Of a stretch of DNA of 54,648 nucleotides, positions 11,401 through 25,499 are shown piece by piece (positions within the stretch are counted from its first letter, which is position 1; each line of letters starts with the position of its first letter). The DNA is taken from contig JBOZIK010000001.1 in assembly GCA_051453625.1 (NCBI GenBank), positions 22,194,226 through 22,248,873 of the forward strand, in the 5' to 3' direction. Origin of the DNA: Welwitschia mirabilis (taxonomy: Eukaryota). Both the position numbers and the translations under genes were made by a program. The notes below the pieces were generated by a model. The model saw only the letters and a program-made list of their open reading frames with translations, made no database searches and was not told the origin of the DNA.

Positions 11401-13054
11401 GTCTGCTTCAGTTGGTGGAAAAGAACAAACAGCAAACTACTCATATGGATAATTCAGTAGACTATGTTGAAGCTTCCCTTGGTTTATTTCCTCGACCTTA
11501 TTTAACCAACGGACCTAATTCACTTGACTTTAATAAAGTGAAGGATAAGTTCTCTCTCCTTGGGCGAGTAATGGCAAAAGCTCTTCAGGATGAGAGGTTG
11601 TTAGATTTGCCATTGTCTAGAGCATTTTATAAGCTTATTCTTGGTCAGGTACCATTAGTTCTTGAATTGGTTAATTTCAGTAAAATGATTATAATTAGTT
11701 GATGCACATAACTAATCATTGCGGGGCTTATCCATTTTTCAGGAACTTAATTTGTTTGACATTAACTCATTTGATCCACAACTGGGTACGACTTTGCAAG
11801 AACTGGATGCTTTAGTAAGACGCAAGAAACTTCTTAATTTGACACCATCAAATGATCAATCATTGACAACAAATTTGGAGTATCATGGTGCAAAGATTGA
11901 AGACCTTTGCATCAATTTTATGCTTCCTGGTTTTTCTGATTTTCCATTGAAGCCTGGAGGTGAAGATATCTACGTATGTTTTCATTGTTACATTTCGAAG
12001 AACAGTAAGTCATTTTCTGTAACAACCCTCAATATTTGTTAAAATAATGTTCTTACACTCTAATGTTTATGCAGGTGAATCTTGCTAACATGGAGGAATA
12101 TGTGAACTTGGTTGTGGATGCTACTATTAATACTGGAGTAATGCCACAAATAGAAGCCTTTAAGAAAGGGTTTAATGAGGTACAATTTTTCTTCTTTTGA
12201 TGCGCTTTACTTAAAATCTAGACACTAAGAGTTATTTATCTGTAAACATTTTGTATTGCAGGTATTTCCACTGTCATCGTTGCAAATCTTTTTTGAGACT
12301 GAGCTAGATTGCTTATTTTGTGGAGTCCAGCACCTATGGAGGGTAAGTAGACTATCTTCTGTATTTTTCGACATAAATTATGCTATTATATTCAATCTGT
12401 CTATGAATCCAACCTATTCCTTATGTCACTTCAGGCAGAAACACTTTCAGAACACATGAAGTTCGATCATGGTTACACAGTTGGAAGTCCCCATATAACA
12501 AATGTATGTATTGATGAATTCTGATGCAGGATCACCTCACTGAACTTCATTCTATCTAATAACTTATATGTTTGAAAATGTATATGCAGCTTCTTGAAAT
12601 CATGGGTGAGTTTAACCCTTTACAGCAGAGAGCATTTATGCAATTTGTCACTGGTTCTCCAAGGCTTCCACCTGGAGGCCTAGCTGCTCTCAGTCCCAAA
12701 TTGACTGTTGTTTGCAAGGTTTGTGTAATTTGATACTTATTTATCTTTGCTTTGTTAAATGTGGTACCTAAGGTTCATGTACCAAAGGGGAATCTTTTGA
12801 TGACAGTTACATCCTGGTGGACATGGAGTTTTGGATTCCATAACAATAGATGAAGTTTTCCCAAGTGCCATGACCTGTGCAAACTATCTTAAACTTCCTC
12901 CTTACTCGACAAAGGTATGTATTTTTCTTGTTTATTTTGGGTTTTCTTTCACCATGGATGTTTTATAACATAGTTTTATGTTTTGTAGGAGATAATGCGA
13001 AAAAGGTTACTATATGCCATCAGTGAAGGACAAGGTTCTTTTGATCTCTCTTGA
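5482..13054 (+). CDS. UPL3: E3 ubiquitin-protein ligase UPL3-like (N-terminal ARM repeats, C-terminal HECT domain), 18 exons, about 1753 aa
   Basis: Starts METRSRK, the typical UPL3 N-terminus. Exons with GT..AG boundaries and consistent phase: 5482-6306, 6886-6996, 7080-7196, 7309-7479, 7579-7716, 8029-8274, 8360-8481, 8566-9787, 9921-10004, 10130-10238, 10321-11648, 11743-11973, 12075-12179, 12262-12342, 12435-12503, 12590-12718, 12807-12914, 12989-13054 (sum 5262 nt, no internal stop seen). Motifs: [85 protein letters not shown] (catalytic Cys codon 12876-12878), C-terminus [11 protein letters not shown]. Exons 9 and 10 are the least certain. UPL3 versus UPL4 paralogy needs a tree. Confidence 0.93.
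6295..6441 (+). repeat. Three copies of the exon1/intron1 junction motif TTGGCTGAACAG(G/A)TTAGAATC
   Basis: Copies at 6295-6315 (true donor, GT), 6376-6396 (AT) and 6420-6440 (AT). Confidence 0.9.
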
Positions 13055-16000
13055 GCGAAGTGTTTGGGAGCATTTGATAGTCATTATGGGTATAAAAATG
13101 AAGGAAATTTACTGCAATTTTGACTGACGATTACATTAATTTGTAAATGATCTGTAATTATGTTGTAAATAATTTGTGTAGGCATCCCCAAAATCATGCC
13201 ATAATTCTCAGCATGAATGGTTCTTGTTCTTTTCATTTTTGTGGCTGATCACTGAATTTCTTTTTTCTCTTCGATACAGTTCATGCCCAATCGTTAGGCC
13301 TTCTTGGTAATTGGATTTTTAGCTATTTTTGTAAATGGTCTTGGTTGTCATCTAAAGTCAACAGGGGCCAAACTCTGGTACTGCATTCTACGAGTACTAT
13401 GGCCTGAATTTGGGTGTGTTTTCAAATTAAAGATGTGTTAGGTTCCATGTATTCCTGAGAATATTGTTGGTTTCATTATATGTATGAATACATAAGCTGT
13501 CATGAGACTAAACGTTTGGAAGTTCCAAACTTCAAGCATTACACACGCTTCTAGCCTTTATGGTTCTAAACGGTGTTCTTTGTCACTCTCATGCTGGGTA
13601 CTCTGTTCAAATTCTTTCGACTCTCATGTCTTTTAGAGTGAGCTGCAGTTGCTTGCAACCTATATTCCAAGTTTTNNNNNNNNNNNNNNNNNNNNNNNNN
13701 NNNNNNNNNNNNNNNNNNNNNNNNNNNNNNNNNNNNNNNNNNNNNNNNNNNNNNNNNNNNNNNNNNNNNNNNNNNNNNNNNNNNNNNNNNNNNNNNNNNN
13801 NNNNNNNNNNNNNNNNNNNNNNNNNNNNNNNNNNNNNNNNNNNNNNNNNNNNNNNNNNNNNNNNNNNNNNNNNNNNNNNNNNNNNNNNNNNNNNNNNNNN
13901 NNNNNNNNNNNNNNNNNNNNNNNNNNNNNNNNNNNNNNNNNNNNNNNNNNNNNNNNNNNNNNNNNNNNNNNNNNNNNNNNNNNNNNNNNNNNNNNNNNNN
14001 NNNNNNNNNNNNNNNNNNNNNNNNNNNNNNNNNNNNNNNNNNNNNNNNNNNNNNNNNNNNNNNNNNNNNNNNNNNNNNNNNNNNNNNNNNNNNNNNNNNN
14101 NNNNNNNNNNNNNNNNNNNNNNNNNNNNNNNNNNNNNNNNNNNNNNNNNNNNNNNNNNNNNNNNNNNNNNNNNNNNNNNNNNNNNNNNNNNNNNNNNNNN
14201 NNNNNNNNNNNNNNNNNNNNNNNNNNNNNNNNNNNNNNNNNNNNNNNNNNNNNNNNNNNNNNNNNNNNNNNNNNNNNNNNNNNNNNNNNNNNNNNNNNNN
14301 NNNNNNNNNNNNNNNNNNNNNNNNNNNNNNNNNNNNNNNNNNNNNNNNNNNNNNNNNNNNNNNNNNNNNNNNNNNNNNNNNNNNNNNNNNNNNNNNNNNN
14401 NNNNNNNNNNNNNNNNNNNNNNNNNNNNNNNNNNNNNNNNNNNNNNNNNNNNNNNNNNNNNNNNNNNNNNNNNNNNNNNNNNNNNNNNNNNNNNNNNNNN
14501 NNNNNNNNNNNNNNNNTCGTTATTGTTAACAGGTGGGTCGTCTGAGTTTCTTACGTAGACACTCATGCCGGTGAGACCAAACTTCAAATTCTTTAACCAA
14601 TGGCCTCTTATGGTTTTGACTCTGCAACAGAACAACTCATAACTCTAGATGCATGACATCCAGAGATGTTTTATTCAAAGATGAAATGACAGAAAAGGTG
14701 ACGATGATAATCTTGTGTTTCTTTGACTATTATTTTCAGCGGTCAAATCTTGCTGTTATATCTGCATTGAAACGATGACTACGTTAGTTCGATAAGTGGA
14801 TGATTCTCTTTTGGTTCTTGTTACCTGTGTTGCTTTTTCTTATGGTTGCTTTGTTAATTAAGATAGCTAAAGAATTTTATTACCTAAAAATGCTCTAAGC
14901 TAAATTTAAGGCTTTTCTTAATTTGTGAGTATTTAGATAATTTATCTTCTTCTTCTTGATTATTTGTTTTTCTGTAAAGTTTATTTTATGTGTGACATAA
15001 GTATTGTATCCCATCTATTAAATATTTATTTTGAATAATCACATCAAAACAACATCTATAAAAATCAGATTTAAAACTATATCTAGAAATCCACAAGAAA
15101 ATAACTGATTTGCCAACACTGATTAAAAAGGTATAACATTTATTAAACAAACCAAGAGGACACGCTTCAGCAGTACAATTTGTAAAACCAAATCAGAACT
15201 GTATCATAAATACAATAAGGTTTGGGAAAACATATGGAACCAAATCGTCATCCATGACTTGGATCTTGATCAATAAAACCTACTTTGAGTCTGTTTTGGA
15301 TTGTGATTCCTTTTGCATCGTGATTCTCGAGGCTTTGCATGATGGTTATAGGCTATTCTCTTTGTGCAGTAATCCAAAGTGATATTAATGATCTTTAGAG
15401 ATCAAAAGAAATCCGCAATGATTTAAAGAGTTCTGTTGGTTTTTGAGGTTCAAACCTTAACATACATAGAATATTTCGACATTTTAACATTCATATTTTG
15501 ACGTTGTTAAGCACGTATAAATTAAATGACAAGTAGGAAGACATTTTAAAGGATTCTGTAATTTGTTTTGGTTAAAGAATAGAATGAATTCATTAAGTTT
15601 TAAAATTAGCTCAAAGTTTTTTTCATGTTTGTGTTGCCTAATGATCCGTGAAATGCTTTGGAATGCTTTGGAGCCATTTGGCCATTTAGAATCTCCAAAT
15701 CAAAAAAACCAATTTGCGATTTGATTAGGACTTTATGACTATGGGAAGACCCTAGGAGGATTAATGAGAAATGTTTGGAAGGGAAAGTGTTTGAAAAGGA
15801 AGAATATAGGAGGTTGTAACCATGAAGATCATGTGGGTAACACTATGGAAGAATGCACTTTAGCTTATTATGTTTGCAACAAGATCATGACGATTTTCAT
15901 TAAAAAATGATGCTTGAAATGAAGTTTGTTAGTAGTTTGGAAAGTAAAATCTTGGGGAGATAAACATCGTGGTGAATGTTAAAAAAGATGACTATAAATA

Positions 16001-17341
16001 ACAATCCCAAAGTAATGCACTCAAATGAAGTGTTATTTTTTAAACTTAATATTTGGAACTTGTTTATCAATATCACGTGTGTATTGATCATCTTCTTTAT
16101 CTATGCCGTGTCCATCTAATCGTGTTGTATTTTTTTGCCACATGCCAACCTATAGTAGTGGGTAAGGAACACCCTTCATGGCTTGTGCAGGCGCATAGTT
16201 GAGTGGATAAGTAATTTGAACCACCTACCTTGTTGAGCCACAAGTAACAAGCATTTGGTGAGACTTGTCACCCTCCATCATGCGTTAAGTTTGAAGTACC
16301 CTCATTCGAATTGCAAGTTTTGGTCGTATTACATTCCAACTCTNNNNNNNNNNNNNNNNNNNNNNNNNNNNNNNNNNNNNNNNNNNNNNNNNNNNNNNNN
16401 NNNNNNNNNNNNNNNNNNNNNNNNNNNNNNNNNNNNNNNNNNNNNNNNNNNNNNNNNNNNNNNNNNNNNNNNNNNNNNNNNNNNNNNNNNNNNNNNNNNN
16501 NNNNNNNNNNNNNNNNNNNNNNNNNNNNNNNNNNNNNNNNNNNNNNNNNNNNNNNNNNNNNNNNNNNNNNNNNNNNNNNNNNNNNNNNNNNNNNNNNNNN
16601 NNNNNNNNNNNNNNNNNNNNNNNNNNNNNNNNNNNNNNNNNNNNNNNNNNNNNNNNNNNNNNNNNNNNNNNNNNNNNNNNNNNNNNNNNNNNNNNNNNNN
16701 NNNNNNNNNNNNNNNNNNNNNNNNNNNNNNNNNNNNNNNNNNNNNNNNNNNNNNNNNNNNNNNNNNNNNNNNNNNNNNNNNNNNNNNNNNNNNNNNNNNN
16801 NNNNNNNNNNNNNNNNNNNNNNNNNNNNNNNNNNNNNNNNNNNNNNNNNNNNNNNNNNNNNNNNNNNNNNNNNNNNNNNNNNNNNNNNNNNNNNNNNNNN
16901 NNNNNNNNNNNNNNNNNNNNNNNNNNNNNNNNNNNNNNNNNNNNNNNNNNNNNNNNNNNNNNNNNNNNNNNNNNNNNNNNNNNNNNNNNNNNNNNNNNNN
17001 NNNNNNNNNNNNNNNNNNNNNNNNNNNNNNNNNNNNNNNNNNNNNNNNNNNNNNNNNNNNNNNNNNNNNNNNNNNNNNNNNNNNNNNNNNNNNNNNNNNN
17101 NNNNNNNNNNNNNNNNNNNNNNNNNNNNNNNNNNNNNNNNNNNNNNNNNNNNNNNNNNNNNNNNNNNNNNNNNNNNNNNNNNNNNNNNNNNNNNNNNNNN
17201 NNNNNNNNNNNNNNNNNNNNNNNNNNNNNNNNNNNNNNNNNNNNNNNNNNNNNNNNNNNNNNNNNNNNNNNNNNNNNNNNNNNNNNNNNNNNNNNNNNNN
17301 NNNNNNNNNNNNNNNGTATTACATTCCAACTCTATTAAGAC

Positions 17342-17465
17342 TAAGAACTAGACATCCATGATAATTGGGGACAAACAATTACTTAGACATGCCATCAACT
17401 TTAAGATTGAGAACTAGCCATCCATGGCAACTAGGGAGAAACATTTACTTAAGACATTCCATTAT
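17342..17465 (+). repeat. Two diverged tandem copies of about 66 bp, probably TE-internal
   Basis: agaactagacatccatgataattggggacaaacaattacttagacat vs agaactagccatccatggcaactagggagaaacatttacttaagacat. Confidence 0.6.
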
Positions 17466-17649
17466 GTGCCTAGCACTAGTTGAAAGCACATACGTGCTTC
17501 ATATACTAAATGACCCATGGGAATAACACATAAGTATAGTAACCCATGGGAATGAAGCACAAGTGACTCAGCTCACAAATTACTTTGAAAGGTTTCCAAG
17601 TGTGACAGGTTTGATGTGAATGTGCGCTCATTGGAGAATTTGTTGATGA

Positions 17650-18400
17650 TTGATTTCTTGCCCCATTGACACTAAAATCGAGGAGGTATGCCTTACGTAT
17701 CTAATATAATAGAAATGTGTATTAAACTTTGTCATGGAAATAGAAGGGAGGGTTGGGATCCAAAACTTGAACATCTATTAATTATGAATGATAGAAATTA
17801 AAGCATATTGATGTAGGGTTACTTTTTATCATAATGATGTAGGGCATTTGTCAAGATCATGTTTAACACTTGTTAGCATAATTAATAGAGGTAGTTTTTG
17901 ATTTATTAGCACTCATTAGTGGAGTTGGACTTTGGCAAGTATTAAACCTCTTTGAGAGATTAACTGTAGATGTATAAAAAATGAACAAGACCCTTGACTT
18001 AGGAGAATAGAAAAAAGACTTGAATTTGGTAGGTGTGTCTAAGAGGACAATCATTTAGGGCTTTTAAATGTTAGACTTTATTATGGAGATAGTGTAGTTT
18101 AACAGATTACAATAGTGGGGTTTAACATATTACACTAAATAATCTCTTTTGTGAAGTTATCTTGTTATGCTTATGGGTATCATTATGAAGGATTTGTAAT
18201 TGTTTGTCTCATCGTTCAGTTTCACTTTCATGAAAATTATTATTTTCTTGTTAGTTGGAATGGTAAATTTCAAATGGAAGAAAAGGATAAAAATAATTAC
18301 AAAAGGTGTTATAGATATAATAGTAAGTGTAATGTTAAAATTGAAATGTTATGTTCTAATGAGAGTTATTCGTATTGTCACATTATGAAAAAATGAAGAT
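17650..18400 (+). mobile_element. Highly degenerate LINE ORF2 3' fragment
   Basis: gaagggagggttgggatccaaaacttg at about 17742 gives EGGLGIQNL with a frameshift, the LINE 'EGGLGIRNL' motif. The rest is heavily decayed and boundaries are approximate. Confidence 0.4.
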
Positions 18401-21400
18401 AACAAGTAGCATAAACTTAGGATCAAGTGAATTGATGTGGAAACGTAACTTGAGAAGAAATAACTTTTGAGGAGCATTAATGTAATCTCTGGAGTGAATG
18501 CTAGCTTGTATATATGTTTTATTCGTTGATTGAAATTCCTTCCAAACCCGGATTAATGTTTTAAGAAGGGATTTAACATTTTTTCCCTTGAATTATCATC
18601 CAATCTTCATTGTTTCTCACTTTTGCTTCTAGATTCAAACATATCTCCTAGAGCTCTTCTAAGTGACTCTACCAATTCCAAAGAAGTGTGCCTACCTATG
18701 TTCATCTTATCATAGACTTGGTTGTGCTATCATTTTTAGCCTTCTTGCAATCAGTAGTACTTCCTAAGTTTGCAGAAGGCATATATATGGGAAATAATAA
18801 AGCCTCCTTTTAAGTTTATTTGAAACAAAGTTCTTTTAAACATACATAAATAAATTTGAATGAACTTCATTAACCATGTACTATATAATTTAATTAGTTT
18901 AGTAATAACTAATACTAACTAAGCTAACAATAGAAGAGCATTTGTGTCATTAAAGAATAATATTTGTTTTCAATTCTTTCTCCTTAATAATTTGCTTTTC
19001 TTTGAACCACACTCTCGTACTATTAAAAAAATTAGGTATGTCTCAGGTAATTGGCTTGCTAGTTTAATGTTTACACCAAACATAAGATCCAACAAAAAAT
19101 GTAACTCGATTGAATGTAGAGTATAAGGTAAAAAATTATTGATAAGGATATCGTTAAGTTGAACACTAAATAAGGGAATAAAAATAATAGAGATTTGTGT
19201 TATGAAGTTTTAGTAATAGGGTACTTCTATAAAAACTTCTTTTGAAAAATGGGCCAATCCCGGACATCCTTATATATCACATTTCATTTAAATCTACATA
19301 TCTTTTTATACCTTGCTTGATATCCATGTTCATCACTTTATTTAAATCTTCACATTCTTAGAGTTAATTCAAAGTATTTAGGTTACATTCAACCACCATA
19401 TTTTTCTATGATCTAAGTTATTATTGTTTTATTTTAGTTATTTAGTATTTACGTTATTCGAACAAGCTCCATTTAACATCTTGGGAATGAAGATTTGCAT
19501 GTTAGAGTTGGTTTTACTAACATTTTCAACTCAATTGAAACAATTACCATGTTATGTAATTGTATCTTTGTTGTTTTTCAAAGTATTAATGTTGATGACT
19601 ATGGATATTGTTTTTGATATGAGGATATATAGCTTTTTGATGTTTAATATCTCCATTTAGATGTGTATGTAAGCCCTAGCCCATTCATTCACTATTAAAA
19701 ATTCTGATGCCATGTTTGTGCATGATATTATTTATTCGAAAAGATCTTCTTCTTTTTGATAGTATAGTCACGGATTTGTTAACTCCTTTCATTGTCTTTG
19801 TGATCATGTATTCAAAGATCCATATATTTGCTTACTTTTTTGTGGTTCCAAATTCACAAATCTTTGTTTATCTCCATATGTTTATGATCACATATATGTG
19901 ATTTTCTATCTAATATTATTTGGTATTTGTATTTGATTTCGTAATTTACAAATAAATTTCAGAATCATGCCATTTTATAGAGCATCTAAATAAAATAAAG
20001 TAGGGAAGCTTATGCATGAATATTAAGTAGTTAATGTTCTATATTTTTAAAATTCAATTTATTAACCTTCTTGTAAAGAATTATTGCTGATAAACCACTC
20101 TATCCATTGTAAAATTTACTGTTTGGTTTAGCTTATTCCTATAATCTTCTAAACCATAAATTTATCCCAAGTTGATATTTCTTCATATAGACTTTTTGAA
20201 TCTAGTTTTCATCAAAGCTAGCCTTTGGATCAACTATAAGAAGCAACTAGTATTTTTATTCTATAAGGATCATGAAATTCCATTGTGTTTTAGGTATAAC
20301 ATAACAATGATGACTTTTCACCATCTTTGAATAAATTTTAATAAGATGTTTGGATATTTGTAGGAGAAAATTTGTATTCTATATTTTTTTAACATGTAGC
20401 GATTTACAAAAATTACTTTACTCCTTTATGAGAAGTTGAACTATGTTAAATCCTCATCATCTAATAAAACATTTTTTCTATGATTTAGATTTTTTATAAT
20501 ATTTTTCCAACTCTTGAGAATTGCTATTCTTACATGCTATTTTTGCTTGCTTAAATTTAAGGTTTGACAATTGCTTCCTTCCTATGTTTACATTTCTAGT
20601 TATCCAATTGCCTTGAGTAAAATGTTCTTAGATCACTATCATAATTCATAGAAATCCATCCTTTCTAAACATATTATTGAAAATCACATTTTACTTTTTT
20701 TGGTGATCTTTGGAGGGAAAAAATTCCTTTTTTTTATAATGTTCTCAAAAGGAATAAAAATTTGAGTGGAGAGAATTCCAACAGTAAGTGGAGATATTCA
20801 ATTAATTCATTACCTATTTCAACTCACGAATGCTAAATAGACTCATAAGATTAATTCACAAAAATTAATGCTTGACCAACCTTATAAATTTGTAAGAAGA
20901 ATATTATTTAAGTGTTGAAATTTATCCATTTTATTTAAAAGTAAAAGATCTAGTTCTTGACCCCAATAGTTAAAAGCTTTGTCTTATAATGATCAAAGAA
21001 GAAAATAATGTGAATCCTAAAAACAATAGGAATCCATTTTGGGTTAATCCTTGCATTAGAATTTTTGAAATTAAAATGCTTTCCATATCAGAAAAATTTG
21101 TTACAGTTGTTCCCAAATGTTGAAATGATTTATTTATAGACATGTTTTCTATAGTATAAAAGGCAAATTCTCTTAGAGAAAAGTAGTAAAATGTGAGATG
21201 TGTGTTTGTTTATATGTACATGATTTTTACACAAATTTATTGATTATTTTTGTTTGCCTTGTCATTTTGAATTTACTTGTTTAAGTTATTATGATGTGGG
21301 ACAATCAACTCTTTAAAAGGTTTTGCTCTTTTTCCTTATATTTTTGTTATGAAAAAAAGCAACAACAAACCTAGGAACTCTTACCTTTACAAAGCGAGTT

Positions 21401-24400
21401 CTTTAATCCAAATTAATAAATGACATTAAAAGGATGTTAAATGAATGGTATAAAGTATCATAATCCTTTAGTTAATATCTTCTTCTATTGTAGTCATCAT
21501 AAAGGGAAGGGTATCAAGTGAGGGACATATGTGAACACGAGGATTATAGTAATAAAGGTACTATCTTCTACTACTAATACCTAGATCCTTTTAAGTGGTT
21601 ATATTGAAATTGAAATTGAAACCAAGATTTTTTATTATTTCTATAAGGGTCTCAAGGATCAGAAGATGTATACATGACATGAGCCTAAAAGATGCTATGT
21701 ATAGAATTGTGTAGTATTTTGGGTAAAACTTGAAATAGTTTAATCAAACACTAGGCTTTGATATTTTATTTATTTCATATGTTATCTATTAAAGGATATT
21801 TAAGAAGGACATGATATTGTGTTTCTACAAAATGTCTAATTTTTTAACACATAACAATATATTTCACAAGCCTTGACAAAAATTATTTATGTTTGTAAAA
21901 TTTCCTAAAATATATAACATTTTCCAAATAATAAATACTCTATAAAGTTCTAAATAAATTTGTTCAATGTAACTATGATGTATATTTATTGCAATAAATT
22001 TTAAGAGATTACTATGACATGAAATAATTTAACATTTTTTATCCCAAAAAAACCATGTTCTAATTTTGATCAAAGAAAGATATTCCCATCTTATAAGTTC
22101 TTCTAACTTGTTAGAAAAATATTAAGGCCCTTTTAAAGTTATATAGTTAGGGCATCTCTCCCCAAGTAGTTTTGATATTAACCTTAAAAAATGGGTAAGT
22201 ACATAGGAAGTAGAAGATTAAGAAGCCTTTGCCAATACTATGAAGACAATGCAACTTAAAAAAAAATAAAAAACAAACAAACAAAAACAAAAACTTATGA
22301 CCAACGAATAAATCAACATAACCACTCTTATAAAAGAGCTATAGGCATCATTTGATGCATGATCCTTAAGCGGTATAAAGCCACTCTCATAGTCTTTTTT
22401 GAATCTTTTAGTTATAGGTCGTGTAGGGACTAGGATGAAAGTTTTTTTGTTTAATAATTAAAAAAAGAAAAAAAAGAAAAAGAAAGAAAAAAAGTAAAAA
22501 AATGTTGTTAAATAAACCAAATTTGAGAAGGCAACTATGAATCTTACTAATGCTCTAATAGTTAGAGGGGATAATTAACTTCTAGCTAAATTTTACCACT
22601 TGAGTGTAGATCTCAAAAGTAATACTTTACAAAATAATAGTTCTAAATCTAAAAGTTAGAAAAGAATAATTATGAATTCCTTGAAAAATATAATTGCATT
22701 AGTGTTTTTAGATTGCATGAAGGATGTAGGCATCTGAAATACTTCCAAAGAATTAAATAAAATCTTTGAAGATTTTGGTAATCTCTAAGAGCAATATGCT
22801 TACAATTTTGATAAAATCTTTGAAAAGGTATAAGAACCCATGTCTATGTATTTTGAGCTAGAAAGTGAATAATGAAGTAATGCCAAAAAGTAACTTCATT
22901 ATTGTAGAAAGGTAGCTAGAAACTACAATCTTAGATGGAGAAGCCTTATATTAATAAGTCAACCTTAATGAAGGAGATAACATAAAAATTGTTATTGTTT
23001 TGATGAGCTAGGAGATTTATAGCTACTTTAAACTCTTCATATTTATCAACTCTTTGAGTCTGAGATATATTACAATCTATCATATTCATTCTTAATGGAC
23101 ACATATTCAAAAAGCATTTAATATGGTCTTTTCTCCACCCAAAAAATTATAAGGATAAAAACAAGAAAAAATTGAGATAAACAAAGTAACTTTAAAGGAG
23201 AAAAATAATGATTCAATAAAGATTGCACATAAAAGGAACTTGTAAAGAAAATAAAAGAATGGAAGAAGGTTAAAAAAGTAAGACAAGAAGGAAAACTTGC
23301 ATACTTCAAGTCAAAATATATCATGGTCATTAAAGAACTGCCTAAATAGGAATGTTAACCTTTGTACAGTGGATTTTGAATACCAACAATCCATACATCA
23401 GTCTTCATAAAATTTCATTTTTTAATAGGTAAAATATTTTGATCTTACAGAGACTTGGGAAGTTAAAGACTCTTTAGATGTATTTGTTCTTTTGCGATTC
23501 ATAATTCTCTTAAATTCAGATAGAAAAGGCAGATGAATATAGTTAATATGTTTTATTGAAAATATTATAGTAGAAATTACTTTAGCTTTTTGTTAATTTG
23601 CCTCAAAAGAAGCCGTGTTATATAAACAAAAATCTCTATCATGGGATTTTCCTTTCTAATTCCTCAACGTGCATATTTCTACTTTTGCTTAGGAAGAAGA
23701 AATTTACATCTATGATGATTTCAATGCTAGAGTTAGTTCTAAACAAATTCCTATTAGTTGCTATAATACTTAAGATTCTTTTGAATAGGAGGAGAATGCA
23801 AAGTGGGATAGATCCTCTAAAGGTAAACAACTCAACAACTTGAGTAGCACTTATTATGGGGATAGGATCTAAACTTGCTTACTCTAAATTACATAAGTAT
23901 ATTTCTAGAATCTAGTGACTTCGATTTTATAGGAGCTCAGAGTTGCTCCAATGTTGGTTTCATAATTTCTAGTCCTACAAATATTAAAAAAATTACATGT
24001 TTTGAGGCATGTTAAGAATCAATTGAATATTGCCATTGTAAGGTATGTTAAGAAGTAATTCAATCCTACCATCACCTCTTGTACTTCATTATATTAATAG
24101 AGGCATAACATATTAGTTATTTTAGGAGACCATAATATTTTAGGATGACAACAAAAATAAAGTAAGAGTTTCAAGATGACAACAACTACTCATACTTTTA
24201 AAAGAAAACATGGAAAGGATTAGTAATGGTTTGATGTAGAATGAAAAATAACAGTAATTTTACTAAAGACTTAAAAATCACCAAAGGTAATCAAATCACA
24301 TAAAAATAGAAGCATAATTCATACTAAAACAAGATAAATTATTAAGCAAAGAAAAATTAATTTACTTCAAATAGTCAAAAAAGTTAAGAAGTTTTTAGCA

Positions 24401-25499
24401 TTTAATTAGGAAAAAAAACAAAACATAACTAAGAAAATCATAAAAGTTACAATGAATATGCATAACTAACATAATACTATGCACTAAAATATCAAAAAAA
24501 CTATGAAATTCTTAACCTAGAGATTCTTAAATCATTTATTTAAAAATAAAGATTTAATAAAGGACCAGCTAAGATGGTTAGGTCTCCAAATAGCTTATTT
24601 CAAATTCTATTTTTAAGATTGACTCTTTTCATAAGGATTAACTTGAATATTTTTGGTTGGATATTGTTATTTTGTTATCATGTAAGTTGTATACATTTTT
24701 AGGTGATAAAATTAAAAACATGTAAAACAAAACTATTGTTGAAAAAATACTTATTTGTAAGAACTACTAATTATCCTAGCTTATGTTTAGCTACATGAAC
24801 TAAAGTAAGATGAATAGCTACCTTTTCAAGTAGAACAATAGTTCATAACACTTTTGAGATTGTAAACAAAATAACACAGGGTTTCAAGAGATAGATTTTT
24901 AGCTTTGCATTAATAATACTTATAGATATTTAACCTTTATGTATGTGTATGAAAAATTACTAATGAGTGTTTCCATTTGCAGGTAGCACTAAAACTAGAC
25001 AAGATGCCTATGACTCCTTTCTAAGATAGCATGGAGCTTGCTCTAGTAGACCTTTATCTCAAGCATTATTTTTAGTTCTTTCCATGTCCAAAAGAGCCCT
25101 TTCTTATGTTTGGTCCTTCTATTTATTCCCTTTCATTCTTAGCTTCATATTAGATAGTTCCTTTTCTTACTCCTCCAAAATAACTATGTGGGAGAGGTAG
25201 TTTTTGAATTCTAATTGACCTATTCCTACCCTTTTCCCTCATGCTAAGTGGCATTTGTTCATGTAATAGTTACTTATAATAAAACATACTAACATGATAA
25301 TATATTAAAAAACTAACATAATGATGAAAAATCTAATAACTAATTTAGATAATGTACATACACTAAGGATCATTTAAGCATCAAAAAACCTAATCATCTA
25401 GTGAGAATTTTTATAAATATCTTTAGTGTTTTTGAAAAAAGAATATATATTAGACTAGAAAATGTACATCAGTGGGTGATAATGCCCAAGATTGATAGG

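Noticed and set aside
12512..12543. TGATGA...CTGA in intron 15 as a C/D snoRNA
   Set aside because: Span of about 32 nt is too short and there is no terminal stem.
19200..25400. Very AT-rich region with faint LINE/DNA-transposon-like traces
   Set aside because: Too decayed to assign any family from diagnostic motifs by eye.
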